Below, piece by piece: positions 1-9,857 of a stretch of DNA of 64,000 bases (position 1 is the first letter of the stretch; each line of letters starts with the position of its first letter). The DNA comes from Phycisphaerae bacterium (GTDB lineage: Bacteria > Planctomycetota > Phycisphaerae > UBA1845): contig JAJDEB010000034.1 of NCBI GenBank assembly GCA_029260015.1, forward strand, positions 146,031 to 210,030. Reading direction: 5' to 3'. The translations under genes were made by a program, and so were the position numbers. Below the pieces are notes generated by a model that saw nothing but the letters and a program-made list of their open reading frames with translations, was not told the DNA's origin and made no database searches.

Positions 1-1793
1 GCAGTGGTGATGAAGTCGCCGATTTGACCGTTGAGTACCTTGGTCGTTTCCCAATCGGTGACCACATCCTTGATGAACTGGAACGGTTCGGGTTTGGCTT
101 CGTAATTCTTCGGCAGATCTGCCGCCATGTTAAGTGGGCTATACAAGACGACATAGAGCGCCAACTGCTTGGCAATGGTCGTACGCACACGGTTGTCAGG
201 CTGCTCTTTTTCAAACAGCAGGTCAAAAATACCTGGCGTGAAATCCATCGGCCCCGCAAGCATGCGCGTGAACGGCAGGATCGTCGTGTGGTCGGGCAGG
301 TTGCTTTTCTCACCACCCCATGCGTTGTATTCCTGACCGTTCGCCGCTTCGCGGGTCATCATGTTCGGATAAGTGCGGCGGATGCCAGTGTCCTTGATCG
401 ACTCGTGTACGTCGAGCATGACATGGTGTTTTGCGGACGCTTCAACGACCCTGCGATAGTGCTGCACCATCCACTGACCGTGGTGCCATTCCTTGACCTG
501 CTTGCCGTCGGCACCGGTGCGGTTGATGCCCTGGCCAAACCCGACGTACCCACTCTTGACGGCACGGATGCCGAGCTTATTGCAAAGTGCATAGGCCTCG
601 TCCAATTGCTTGTCATAGTTCTCGACGCCGCAACCCGTTTCATGGTGACCAATCAGACTCACGCCCTTTTCTTTGGCATACTTGGCGAGGCCTTCGAGGT
701 CGTAGTCCGGATACGGTTTGGTGAAGCTGAACTTGCCTTCACCGTTCATCCAGTCGTCATCCCAGCCAATGTTCCAACCTTCGACCAACACACCATCAAA
801 TCCGTGCTTCGCCGCGAAGTCGATGTAACGCTTGGTGTTTTCGGTGGTCGCGCCGTGCTTCTCGCCGGAATTCCAACTTGAAACGCCCAGATGCATTTCC
901 CACCAGATGCCGACGTACTTACCTGGTTTGATCCACGAAACGTCGCCGAGTTTGTTGGGTTCGTTAAGGTTAAGGATCAGGTAGTTTTCGATCAGCCCAC
1001 CCGGAGACTCGTTGATCTGAACCGTGCGCCATGGCGACGTCATCGGCAGCGCCCCGCGCGACTTGACGCCATCAGCCCACGGATAGAGATCGGCTTCAAA
1101 CGTGGTTCCACCGGTACGACGAAGGGCCATGCTGGAAAAATCGGTCAGGGCGGCTTCGTGGAGGCTGATGTACAGTTTCGATTCGGTCTCAAATGTGACG
1201 GGCGTATGGACAACGGTGGCTTTGCTGAGCGGCGAATCAGTATAACGATATTCGTATCGGTTCGATTCAAATGCCGGAATCCACCAGCAGCGATGGTCGG
1301 CAGGGAATGCAAACTCGGTCAGCTCATCGGTGATTTCAATGTTCTTGGCGTCGCCTTGAACAGGGATATCGTAGCGAAAACCGACGCCGTCATCGAATAC
1401 ACGAAACGTAATCGTTAGTTTTTTCTTTGAATCGCCGGTGCCCTCCAAATCGATGCGTAGTTGATTGTGATGGTCGCGAATGTTTTTCTCTTCGCCCCAC
1501 GGCTGGGTCCAGGTGTCATCGACCGAAGTCACTTTTGACGTCGCGATTTGAAACCCGCCATCGAGCGATTCGCCAGACTTAAGCTTGAAGCCCATCTTCG
1601 AGGAGTCGATGACAGCCACTCCTCTGCGTGAAACGCTGTACGTCGGTGCGCCGTCTTTGAGTTCAAATGCAACTTTCAAGACCTTGCCCGGTGATTCAAC
1701 CACGACCGGTTCGGCGCTGACCGATTGCACAGCTATACCAACCGCGAAAATAACGCCAAACGCTAGACGCTTTGTGATGCGTAGAGAATTCAT
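1..1793 (-). CDS. Glycoside hydrolase family 97 alpha-glucosidase (SusB-like). The C-terminus is cut by the window edge and the gene is absent from the supplied ORF track.
   Basis: I translated the reverse strand from the ATG at 1793-1791. It opens with a signal peptide, MNSLRITKRLAFGVIFAVGIAVQSVSA. Blocks TITFRVFDDGVGFRY, YVGIWWEMHLGVSSWNSGEKHGATTEN, GFDGVLVEGWNIGWDDDW and VTDWETTKVLNGQIGDFITTA follow. The frame stays open to position 1. These blocks match GH97 as I remember it. Confidence 0.8.
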   Translation of the reverse strand, partial: MNSLRITKRLAFGVIFAVGIAVQSVSAEPVVVESPGKVLKVAFELKDGAPTYSVSRRGVAVIDSSKMGFKLKSGESLDGGFQIATSKVTSVDDTWTQPWGEEKNIRDHHNQLRIDLEGTGDSKKKLTITFRVFDDGVGFRYDIPVQGDAKNIEITDELTEFAFPADHRCWWIPAFESNRYEYRYTDSPLSKATVVHTPVTFETESKLYISLHEAALTDFSSMALRRTGGTTFEADLYPWADGVKSRGALPMTSPWRTVQINESPGGLIENYLILNLNEPNKLGDVSWIKPGKYVGIWWEMHLGVSSWNSGEKHGATTENTKRYIDFAAKHGFDGVLVEGWNIGWDDDWMNGEGKFSFTKPYPDYDLEGLAKYAKEKGVSLIGHHETGCGVENYDKQLDEAYALCNKLGIRAVKSGYVGFGQGINRTGADGKQVKEWHHGQWMVQHYRRVVEASAKHHVMLDVHESIKDTGIRRTYPNMMTREAANGQEYNAWGGEKSNLPDHTTILPFTRMLAGPMDFTPGIFDLLFEKEQPDNRVRTTIAKQLALYVVLYSPLNMAADLPKNYEAKPEPFQFIKDVVTDWETTKVLNGQIGDFITT

Positions 1794-1959
1794 GGATTCG
1801 CCACTCCTTGAAATGTTGTGAAGACTCATCTTGCGTGTTTCTCGAAATCTGAGAAAACGCGATGATTCATTAGGTACCGTTGTGATGCGTGGGAGTGTAA
1901 TCGAAAGTTCGTGCGCGGGAAATCGAACGCGCCCGTTTCGTGCTGAAACAGTTTCGACC

Positions 1960-4900
1960 CTAGAGTGCGACGTTGGCGATGACGCCGTTGGCCACCTCAG
2001 CACCGGTTGCAGAGAACACGCCTGAGTCCGTCACCACCTCGACGTTGACCTGTCGTACTGGTGTGGTCATCGTGCCTTCCAGCGTTTCGACCGAAACCGT
2101 GACCGTGCTGCCCGATTGGACGGCTGTGTATTTCGCCAGTCGATAATCGCCCGCCAGGTATCCATGTCCTTCACCCGCATCTTCGTAGAGCAAACCCTCT
2201 GCCGTTCCCGATCCATCGAGCGAAACATACAACGTCAACGGATCGAGCGCAACTTCGCCGGTGAATTCCATCACCGGTCCGGCTGGTATGATCGCCCCAT
2301 CGCGAACGCGAACGTCAGGTTGATTCACATCGGCAGCGCTGTTTTCGCCAACCAGTGAAATCGTTCGCCAGTTACCCGAAGGCAATGACGGCGTCGGTGC
2401 GCTGATGGCGTTCTCGGTCAGGTTCGGCACCACCATCAAATCTGAACCCAGCAGGAACGCGGTATCTTCACTGCGAAGGGATGGATCGGTCAGATCGGCA
2501 AAAAACACGGGACGCACGATCGGCAAACCATTCTGCGATGATTCGCGGAATAGTGTGTACAAGTATGGCAGCAGTCGGTAGCGCCGCTGAATTGACGTGC
2601 GGTTCGCCGCTTCAATCGTTGGCCCGAATGACCACGGTTCCTTATCGACCCCGGTGTTGTCCTGGTGCGCCCGACAGAACGGCATGAACACACCGACGCC
2701 CATCCAACGTGCGAACATGGCACCGGTGCCATCGCCCACAAACCCGCCAAGATCCGGACCGGCGAATGGTTGCCCCGACATGCCGATGTTCATCACCATC
2801 GCGTTGGACCAGTCGAGATGCTCCCAACTTGCGATGTTGTCGCCCGTCCACATCGCGGCATAACGATGCCCACCAATGAAGCTGGCCCGCGACAGCACGA
2901 ACGGCCGTTTCGATGGATTGGTCGCGATGATGCCTTCGTGCGATGCTTGCGACATCAGCATGCCGTAGACATTGTGGTACTGCGAATGCGTTCCGGGTGT
3001 CAGCCCCCCACCGCCACGATGCAGGTTTGATTCGGGCATGGAATGACCTGGGCCGTCAAAAATGCCCGGTTCATTCAGATCGTTCCAGACACCGTCGATA
3101 CCGGTGGCCATGAAGTCATCGTACAAACCAGCCCACCACGAGCGCGTTTCCGGTCGCGTGAAATCGGGGAAGTGCGATGGCCCTGGCCAAACGACACCGG
3201 TGTAGACGTTGCTGTTCGCGTCATATGTCCAATGGTCGCCGGATGTCCCTTGATCGTAAACGTGGTATCCACCTTCGACCTTGGCACCCGGGTCAATCAT
3301 CCAAACGGTGTGGTATCCGAGCGCGTGCAGATCGTTGTTAAGATCCGCCGGATCGGGAAAGCCAATCGGATCAAACGTAAAGATTTTGAAACCATCCATG
3401 TAATCGATGTCGAACCAGATCACGTCACACGGAATGTCGCGACTGCGAAACTCTGCTGCCAGACTGCGTGCCTGCGATTCGGGCGCGTATGAGTATTTGC
3501 TTTGCTGATAGCCCAATGCCCACATCGGCGGCATTTGGATACGCCCGATGAAATCGGTCAAGCGCGTGATGACTTGCTGCGGTGTGTTGCCCTCGAAGAT
3601 GTAAATTGGGAACTCCGGCCCCTCTGCCGCAAAGAGTATCTCGATCGATAAATCCATCTCGCAGCGGAACGTCGTGTCGGCGAGAACGCCAAACGCGGTA
3701 CCATCGTCGCGAACAGCCAGCACCCACGGATGCGATTGATACAGACTCGGATTGCCCGCGCCGTACGCATAGGCATCGGTATTCCACGCTTCGGAATTCT
3801 TGCCGTTTCGAAGCAGCGGCCCGGCGATTTCACCAGTCCCGTAGAGGCTGACGTTGTCATCGATGTCGATCAGGGCGACATTTCGATCGCCTGATTTGAA
3901 GAAGTACGGACGCACCGCGAATGGTTCCGCCGCAGGACCGATCACGGTTGGTGTCGTCGCCATCGACAACGACATGGGAAGCGATCCGATATCGGCATCA
4001 TCGTCATAGAAACGGGTGACGTTCGGGCCAAGGTCTTGCGCGATGACTTCAAATCCGGAGGACGGATCGCCCGCACTGCGTTGCCATTCGGCATAGTCTG
4101 CAAGGTCAACGTCGGTGTCATCATCGAAGTCGGAATTGGCGCACGAACCCGCAGCCGGTCCATTCATGCAACCTGCAAAGATTGCGAAATCGTCATCATC
4201 CAGATCGCAATCGGCGTCAAGGTCTTGCGGGAAGCAGCCGACCAACAGCGATGCCGTCGAAACACCAACGTATTCGTTTGATTCGATGTTGCCGTCGCCG
4301 TCGAGCGAAGCAGGGATTTGAAAGGACGGGCTGAGCGACTCGGAAGCATCGGTGGGATAAGCACCGTGGGCCAGGTAGATGGTTGTCGGTATACCACCAA
4401 ACTCAGCCTGTAGGTCAATCGTCCCTTCCAACCAGGTTCCGCTCGTCACTTCGGTGAGACCGGCTGCGTTAAACCACCCGCTCCAGTTGTTATCGACCTC
4501 ATTGCCGATGTATGCCGACCAAGAGGCGACGGTGCCGAGTTTGTCCCAAGGTGCCGGTATCTGACTGCCCGGACCGTTGGAAACGAAGATGAAATGATCC
4601 TGTCCGAGCGCTGCCGAAGGCGCGGCGACGTACAATGTGGTTCCGCGAATGCCCGCGTAAATTTGCCTACCGTTGTTCTCGGCGATCAGCGTCGCATCTG
4701 AGTCGAGCGCGCCGTCAAGTTCCCATTGTTCAGCGATCGTGCCCAGCACATAGGCGTGCCAGTCAGAACCATCGTTGTTGTCCCAAGTGCCCAGACCGTC
4801 GGTAAACGCCATGTCGAGTTTGGACGCGGACTGCGGAACGGTGACGACGATTTCCCAAACTGATTCGGACGCGTTCCATGTCATGATCGGGTCGGGCGCG

Positions 4901-5109
4901 ATCACCTGGCTCCAATCGTTGAAACCGTAGTGGAGACGCACGGTGCCAGCACTCGCCAAGACCCGGCCGGTGGGGTTGTACTGAATGGTCACCGGCACGT
5001 CTGGCACGACCGGATACGGATCGATGCTGACGGAGTTTGCAAACGTCGATGCGATGAACCCCAAACATACGCTGCAAAAGACCTGGACCGTGAACGATGA
5101 TCGAATCAT
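1960..5109 (-). CDS. Secreted GH31 alpha-glucosidase with an N-terminal CBM25/CBM53-like starch-binding module, a CBM9/DOMON-like module and an internal dockerin-like module
   Basis: The ORF is 1049 aa with signal peptide MIRSSFTVQVFCSVCLGFIASTFA. The CBM block reads VRLHYGFNDWSQV...AFTDGLGTWDNNDGSDWH. GH31 catalytic blocks are GVWNDLNEPG, YHNVYG and RASFIGGHRYAAMWTGDN. Confidence 0.85.
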   Translation of the reverse strand: MIRSSFTVQVFCSVCLGFIASTFANSVSIDPYPVVPDVPVTIQYNPTGRVLASAGTVRLHYGFNDWSQVIAPDPIMTWNASESVWEIVVTVPQSASKLDMAFTDGLGTWDNNDGSDWHAYVLGTIAEQWELDGALDSDATLIAENNGRQIYAGIRGTTLYVAAPSAALGQDHFIFVSNGPGSQIPAPWDKLGTVASWSAYIGNEVDNNWSGWFNAAGLTEVTSGTWLEGTIDLQAEFGGIPTTIYLAHGAYPTDASESLSPSFQIPASLDGDGNIESNEYVGVSTASLLVGCFPQDLDADCDLDDDDFAIFAGCMNGPAAGSCANSDFDDDTDVDLADYAEWQRSAGDPSSGFEVIAQDLGPNVTRFYDDDADIGSLPMSLSMATTPTVIGPAAEPFAVRPYFFKSGDRNVALIDIDDNVSLYGTGEIAGPLLRNGKNSEAWNTDAYAYGAGNPSLYQSHPWVLAVRDDGTAFGVLADTTFRCEMDLSIEILFAAEGPEFPIYIFEGNTPQQVITRLTDFIGRIQMPPMWALGYQQSKYSYAPESQARSLAAEFRSRDIPCDVIWFDIDYMDGFKIFTFDPIGFPDPADLNNDLHALGYHTVWMIDPGAKVEGGYHVYDQGTSGDHWTYDANSNVYTGVVWPGPSHFPDFTRPETRSWWAGLYDDFMATGIDGVWNDLNEPGIFDGPGHSMPESNLHRGGGGLTPGTHSQYHNVYGMLMSQASHEGIIATNPSKRPFVLSRASFIGGHRYAAMWTGDNIASWEHLDWSNAMVMNIGMSGQPFAGPDLGGFVGDGTGAMFARWMGVGVFMPFCRAHQDNTGVDKEPWSFGPTIEAANRTSIQRRYRLLPYLYTLFRESSQNGLPIVRPVFFADLTDPSLRSEDTAFLLGSDLMVVPNLTENAISAPTPSLPSGNWRTISLVGENSAADVNQPDVRVRDGAIIPAGPVMEFTGEVALDPLTLYVSLDGSGTAEGLLYEDAGEGHGYLAGDYRLAKYTAVQSGSTVTVSVETLEGTMTTPVRQVNVEVVTDSGVFSATGAEVANGVIANVAL
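4081..4227 (-). other. Dockerin-like paired EF-hand/Cys module inside the GH31 protein
   Basis: Residues 295-343 read QDLDADCDLDDDDFAIFAGCMNGPAAGSCANSDFDDDTDVDLADYAEW. The same architecture occurs in the modules at 47-60 kb. Confidence 0.6.
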
Positions 5110-5326
5110 GAATGCATTCCAGTGAACGACAGGACTACCCCGGCAGAGACACTGATTCTAACAGTCGCATCTAACGAATTCGACCATTCAGTTCGTCCGA
5201 AAACGAATTCTGTTTCATATTGGTGCGAAGGGAACGAACTCTGCTGCGAGAATTCAAGGGTGAATGGGCATCGCTTTGGAATGACACTGTTTCAACGACG
5301 GGTGTGGCAGCGGCGCTATTTTTGTG

Positions 5327-5345
5327 GCGCACCGCATCGGTGCGC
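5327..5345 (-). terminator. GC-rich hairpin 16 nt downstream of the sulP stop; a possible but atypical terminator
   Basis: A perfect 7-bp stem (GCGCACC / GGTGCGC) encloses a 5-nt loop. On the sulP (minus) strand the hairpin is followed by an A-run, not a U-run, so it is not canonical. Confidence 0.25.
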
Positions 5346-5360
5346 GGAAACCATGAAACG

Positions 5361-6944
5361 TTATACGTTCACGACTTCGGAGTTGCTGCGACGGGTCATC
5401 GTTTTTTCAGACGGATTCAATGTTTGTCTTTGGAAACGCGGGTGGAGTTCGCTCCAATCCATCTTGAGCTTTCCACCGGTGGTTTTGTGCTGGTCTTCCC
5501 AATCGACGAGCAACGTCAGACAGGCATGGTCAATGTAATCGAGGTCTTCCATATAGACGTGCAGTTCGCGTGACGGCTTAACACGTTCCAGAGTAGACGC
5601 GAGTTTTGGAAGCCGGATGAATGTCGCCGCCCCGCGCAAATGCAGATACGCTATGTTTTCAGTTGGTTTATCCTCAAGCTTTACGGATAGATGCGAGAAC
5701 GTATAGACAAGCTTGAGGATCGCTAGGCCGAAACCAATACCGATGCCCACCAGCAGATTGAAATACACAATCGAAAAAACCGTCACCAAAAATATCGGGA
5801 TTTCGCTCGGGCTTTCCTTGTAGATCTTCTTGATTGCCTTCACGTTAATCAGTTTGTATCCGGTAAATACCAGGACAGCCGCCAGGCTTGCGCGGGGTAC
5901 ATGGGCCAACAAATCGGTCAGGAACCACACAAAAGCCAGGAGCCAAACACCGTGAAAAATTGCTGAAAAACGCGATTTCGCACCGGCACCGACGTTGGCC
6001 GAGCTTCGCACAATCACTCCGGTCATCGGTAGCGCACCAAACAATCCGCAAAGCGAGTTCCCAACCCCTTGGGCGAAGAGTTCCTTGTCGTACTTGGTGC
6101 GCGGTCCCGTATGAATTTGGTCGACGGCATTGGCGCACAACAACGTCTCTGCACTTGCGACGACTGCAATCGTTAGCGCCGCAATGAGAACGTTAATGTC
6201 GCCCAATGCTTTGATCGATTCAGCATTTGGCCAGGCAAATGATTCGAAAAGATTATCGCTCAAGATGATCTTGAAAATCGGCATCTTGAATAGATATGAC
6301 GCAATCGTTGCAAATACGATGGCCACCAATGGCGCGGGAATTGCCTTAACCCGTTTCGGTACGATGACCGGCCAGAGCGCTATGATCGCTATCGAGAACA
6401 ACCCGACATAGGCGGCTTGATGATGCTGCGACCAATCAAGCGGGAAGACGCCTTTTTCAAACGCTTCGGGGAGCGACAAGATGTTTTCGACAGGCGTCTT
6501 GCGCGGATTGTCGTCAACCAAAACGTGACATTGCTGCGAGAAAATAATCACACCGATACCCGCCAGCATGCCTTGAATGACTGCCGGTGACACCGCCCGA
6601 AACCACTGACCCAAACGGAATATACCCGCGACCATTTGCAGGACGCCTGCTGCCAACACGATGATTCCAAGGTACGCGGCCAATTTCGGATCGTTGACGA
6701 TGCCGTAGACAATGACTGTCAACCCAGCCGCCGGGCCACTTACCTGTAGTGGTGATCCTGAAATAGCACCAACCACGATTCCGCCGATGATACCGGTGAT
6801 AATCCCTGCAGCGACCGGAACACCTGATGCGATGGCAATGCCCATGCAAAGTGGGAGTGCCACAAACACAACCACAATGGATGCCGGTAGGTCACTCTTT
6901 AGAATGTCCGACAGGCTTGGTTTTGTCGCTGATGCATTGTTCAT
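5361..6944 (-). CDS. SulP-family anion (sulfate/bicarbonate) permease with a C-terminal STAS domain
   Basis: The 527-aa protein is polytopic. The SulP N-terminal block reads LPASIVVVFVALPLCMGIAIASGVP...SGSPLQVSGPAAG. A soluble C-terminal STAS-like part reads HLRGAATFIRLPKL...DYIDHACL. Confidence 0.9.
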   Translation of the reverse strand: MNNASATKPSLSDILKSDLPASIVVVFVALPLCMGIAIASGVPVAAGIITGIIGGIVVGAISGSPLQVSGPAAGLTVIVYGIVNDPKLAAYLGIIVLAAGVLQMVAGIFRLGQWFRAVSPAVIQGMLAGIGVIIFSQQCHVLVDDNPRKTPVENILSLPEAFEKGVFPLDWSQHHQAAYVGLFSIAIIALWPVIVPKRVKAIPAPLVAIVFATIASYLFKMPIFKIILSDNLFESFAWPNAESIKALGDINVLIAALTIAVVASAETLLCANAVDQIHTGPRTKYDKELFAQGVGNSLCGLFGALPMTGVIVRSSANVGAGAKSRFSAIFHGVWLLAFVWFLTDLLAHVPRASLAAVLVFTGYKLINVKAIKKIYKESPSEIPIFLVTVFSIVYFNLLVGIGIGFGLAILKLVYTFSHLSVKLEDKPTENIAYLHLRGAATFIRLPKLASTLERVKPSRELHVYMEDLDYIDHACLTLLVDWEDQHKTTGGKLKMDWSELHPRFQRQTLNPSEKTMTRRSNSEVVNV

Positions 6945-7168
6945 ACGGGAATCTATCCGGCTCGATTAGGGTGATTGGTTCTTGATGAATGTCGCTAATT
7001 TCAAGAGTCCGCTGCGGCGATAAGATAGTTACATCGTTGGTTAGTGGCAACCAGTCGGACCGCTTATCACACGAATTTTACACTATTGAAACACAAATGA
7101 CTTACCGGTTTGAATTGGGCCCATATAATGCGCCATCGAACGTGTGCTTCTGCGCCAGATAGCAACAA

Positions 7169-7924
7169 TTAAATTCTGCCGGATTCGGCGAGCATTCTTT
7201 CTAACTCGGGGAAGACCATGCCGGCATTGAGCGGAATCACCAAGTCAGCCGAATCGGAGAATGGAGTCGCATTTGGATTGATCTCCGCGACGAACGCACT
7301 GCTCTGTTGGGCAACATTCGCGAGCGATGCTGCCGGGTAGACTTGACTGCTCGTGCCCACAACCAGGACGACCTGGGCATCCGCAGCCAACTGAACTGCC
7401 TGCTCAAAGACGCCCTCCGGCAGCATCTCTCCGAACCATACGACGCCAGGGCGTGCGAGCGCACCGCATTGGTCGCACCGCGGCACGGGCCCGTCAGACG
7501 CCTCGACTCGCCGCTCAAACGTGCACACGGTGCAGCGGTCGATCCAGATGTCGCCGTGCAGGCAGAGGATTCGCGAGTTACCGGCTTGCTGATGCAGACC
7601 ATCCACATTCTGGGTAACGACGTTGAACTCGGGAAATAATGTCTCAAATCGGGCAATCACCTCATGGGCGGGATTCGGGCGAACTGAGGAAAGATTCCTG
7701 CGGCGGGCCAAATAGAATCGCCACACCAAATCTGGGTCTCGCTCGAATGCCTCCGGCGTCGCCACGTCTTCAGGGCGAGAGCCTTCCCACAATCCGCCAG
7801 AGTCTCGAAAGGTGGGCACCCCGCTTTCCGCCGACACACCCGCACCCGTCAAGCAGAGCACGCGTGACGCTTTTCGTAGTTCATTTGCGAGTGGTTCGAG
7901 CGATTGTGGGAAGTTGTCGGGCAT
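7169..7924 (-). CDS. cobB: NAD-dependent protein deacylase, Sir2 family
   Basis: Motifs GAGVSAESGVPTFRD, QNVDGLH and LHG are present. There is a Zn-ribbon pair, CTVC...CDQCG. The length is 251 aa. Confidence 0.9.
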   Translation of the reverse strand: MPDNFPQSLEPLANELRKASRVLCLTGAGVSAESGVPTFRDSGGLWEGSRPEDVATPEAFERDPDLVWRFYLARRRNLSSVRPNPAHEVIARFETLFPEFNVVTQNVDGLHQQAGNSRILCLHGDIWIDRCTVCTFERRVEASDGPVPRCDQCGALARPGVVWFGEMLPEGVFEQAVQLAADAQVVLVVGTSSQVYPAASLANVAQQSSAFVAEINPNATPFSDSADLVIPLNAGMVFPELERMLAESGRI

Positions 7925-8036
7925 GTTCCCATTGTAACAACTTTGCTTGACGCTTTGCGGTCAGGTCAGCAACATGCATTCCGAGGATCGTGCATCTCGA
8001 AGAGGCCATTCCTCAAGTCGCTTTTTGAGATTATTT

Positions 8037-9743
8037 ATGAAGAATTCTGTCAGGCCGTTTCGTCGATTGCCCAGACTGGGATGGGTCTGTCCCGCCCTAA
8101 TGCTGTCGATGTGGGCGGGTTCGGGTTGCGACCAATTCTGGATCAACTCGGCTGACGAAATCGCCTCGAACATCATCCGCCACCGCCAGAAACAAATGCT
8201 CGGGGCCAATTCCGATGCTGATATCGGCCTGGAGGACGGGCGGATTGGCGCGCGAGGCGGGATGTATTCCTTCACGCCAAGTGCGATCGATTCGGAAGTG
8301 CCAGAGGCGTTTCGAACGCCCCCTTCCGATGACGACGCAGCATTGAGCGGTTCAAACGGTTATTCAGATGCGAAGATTATTCCGTTTCGATTGCCCGATG
8401 CGCTCGAGTACGCCTTCCGGTACGCATGGGACTTTCAAACGCAGAAGGAAGACCTGTACCTCTCTGCGTTGGCATTGATGACCGAACGCCAACTTTGGAC
8501 CCCGCAGTTTGTCGCGGGCATTCGTGGCCAGTATGCGAACTATGGGCAGGTTCGCGACTTCGATCATGCAATGACGGCTGTCTCTGAACTCTCCGTGAGT
8601 CAGCGACTGCCTTATGGTGGCGAAATCGCCGCCCGCGTGGTCAATACCTTGATGCGAGACATTGGCCGCCACACCACAAGTGGTGAGTCGGGTACAGCAA
8701 TCCTCGAAGCGAACATTCCCTTGCTTCGAGGGGCTGGTCGAGTGGCCTACGAGTCACGCTATCAAGCCGAGCGGAGTCTCGTGTATGCCGTCCGCGATTT
8801 TGAAGGTGCCCGGCGCGATCTGGTCGTTGATGTTGCAGGCGACTTCTTCGATCTGCTGGCCATCAAGACCAGAATCGAAAGTGCTATTGCGGCCAAAGAA
8901 TCTGCCGAAGCTGAATTGCTCCGGACTCAGGCGCTGGTAGATACGGGACGACTCGTTCAGATCGAAGCCGACCGATTCGCCGTCCAGGTGCTTGATCGAA
9001 GCAACGATGTGAATAATGCTCGGGTTCTGTACGAAACCGCGCTCGATCGTTTCAAAATCAGAATCGGTATGCCAACCCGCGAGCCGATTGACGTAGTTGA
9101 TGATGGAGTCGATTTGTTTGAACCTGACGTGGACCACGAGGAGGCCATCGAGACGGCGCTGCTGTATCGACTCGATCTGATCAATACGCGAGACCGTATT
9201 GACGATGCCAAGCGCGCCGTGGTAATCGCAAAGAATAACTTCCTGCCGCAGTTTGATATTTCGGGTTCGGTCACGATGAACACCGATCCGAATCAAAAAA
9301 ATTCGCTCAGCTACAACACCGAACGTACGTTGTGGCAGGGATTCGTAGAGTTGGAAGTGCCCCTCGACCGTCGCGAAGAGCGCAACTTTTTTCGGGCATC
9401 ATTGATTGACCTGCGTCGCGGCGAGCGGGCGTACGAACTGTCCAAGAGCAACGTCATCCTTGATGTTCGCAGTGCCTTGCGAAATCTGGAGCTAGCGAAA
9501 CAATCGATGGCGATTCAGGCGAAGAATATCGACGTCAACGAGAACCGAGATGAGATGGCTGGCGATCTGCTTAAACGTGGCCGACTCAGTTCGAGCCGTG
9601 ATGCGCTTGAAGCACAGAACGCAATTCAGGCTTCCAGAAACCAGTATGCTGCCGCCGTTGCGGACTATCGACTTGCAATACTCACGTTACAAAGGAACTG
9701 CGGGACATTGCGGGTGGACGATCAGGGACATTGGATCCGATAA
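8037..9743 (+). CDS. TolC-family outer-membrane efflux protein
   Basis: The ORF runs 7947..9743. I moved the start to the ATG at 8037, giving MKNSVRPFRRLPRLGWVCPALMLSMWAGSGC (signal/lipobox-like). The protein has a long two-repeat helical architecture and sits directly upstream of a MacA-like adaptor. Confidence 0.65.
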   Translation: MKNSVRPFRRLPRLGWVCPALMLSMWAGSGCDQFWINSADEIASNIIRHRQKQMLGANSDADIGLEDGRIGARGGMYSFTPSAIDSEVPEAFRTPPSDDDAALSGSNGYSDAKIIPFRLPDALEYAFRYAWDFQTQKEDLYLSALALMTERQLWTPQFVAGIRGQYANYGQVRDFDHAMTAVSELSVSQRLPYGGEIAARVVNTLMRDIGRHTTSGESGTAILEANIPLLRGAGRVAYESRYQAERSLVYAVRDFEGARRDLVVDVAGDFFDLLAIKTRIESAIAAKESAEAELLRTQALVDTGRLVQIEADRFAVQVLDRSNDVNNARVLYETALDRFKIRIGMPTREPIDVVDDGVDLFEPDVDHEEAIETALLYRLDLINTRDRIDDAKRAVVIAKNNFLPQFDISGSVTMNTDPNQKNSLSYNTERTLWQGFVELEVPLDRREERNFFRASLIDLRRGERAYELSKSNVILDVRSALRNLELAKQSMAIQAKNIDVNENRDEMAGDLLKRGRLSSSRDALEAQNAIQASRNQYAAAVADYRLAILTLQRNCGTLRVDDQGHWIR

Positions 9744-9857
9744 TCATGAAGTAGCAAGACCAGATCAGCCCCGTTTCGTGGACAAGTTTAGACAGAAGTT
9801 AGAACATGTTCGCGTTTGTCCAGGCGGCGCTGACGAATTAGACTGTACCTACAGGCC

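Noticed and set aside
24-1418. Plus-strand ORFs 24..881 (285 aa) and 891..1418 (175 aa)
   Set aside because: They lie antisense to the GH97 reading frame. ORF 24..881 is codon-aligned with it (both triplet phases are 0 mod 3). In that phase stops can only arise from sense TTA/CTA/TCA codons, which are rare here, so long open antisense frames are expected. The translations are Arg/Val/His-rich with no motif.
7947-8036. Upstream extensions of track ORFs: TolC at 7947, CheD at 13314, CheC at 14440, CheW at 18957, FkbH at 39351, carbamoyltransferase at 43857, PEP-CTERM protein at 56317, membrane protein at 60848
   Set aside because: In each case the longest-ORF start creates a large overlap or a non-homologous leader. 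The internal starts give signal peptides, family-typical N-termini, stop/start coupling (TAATG, ATGA) or an AAGGAG site. These remain predictions only.
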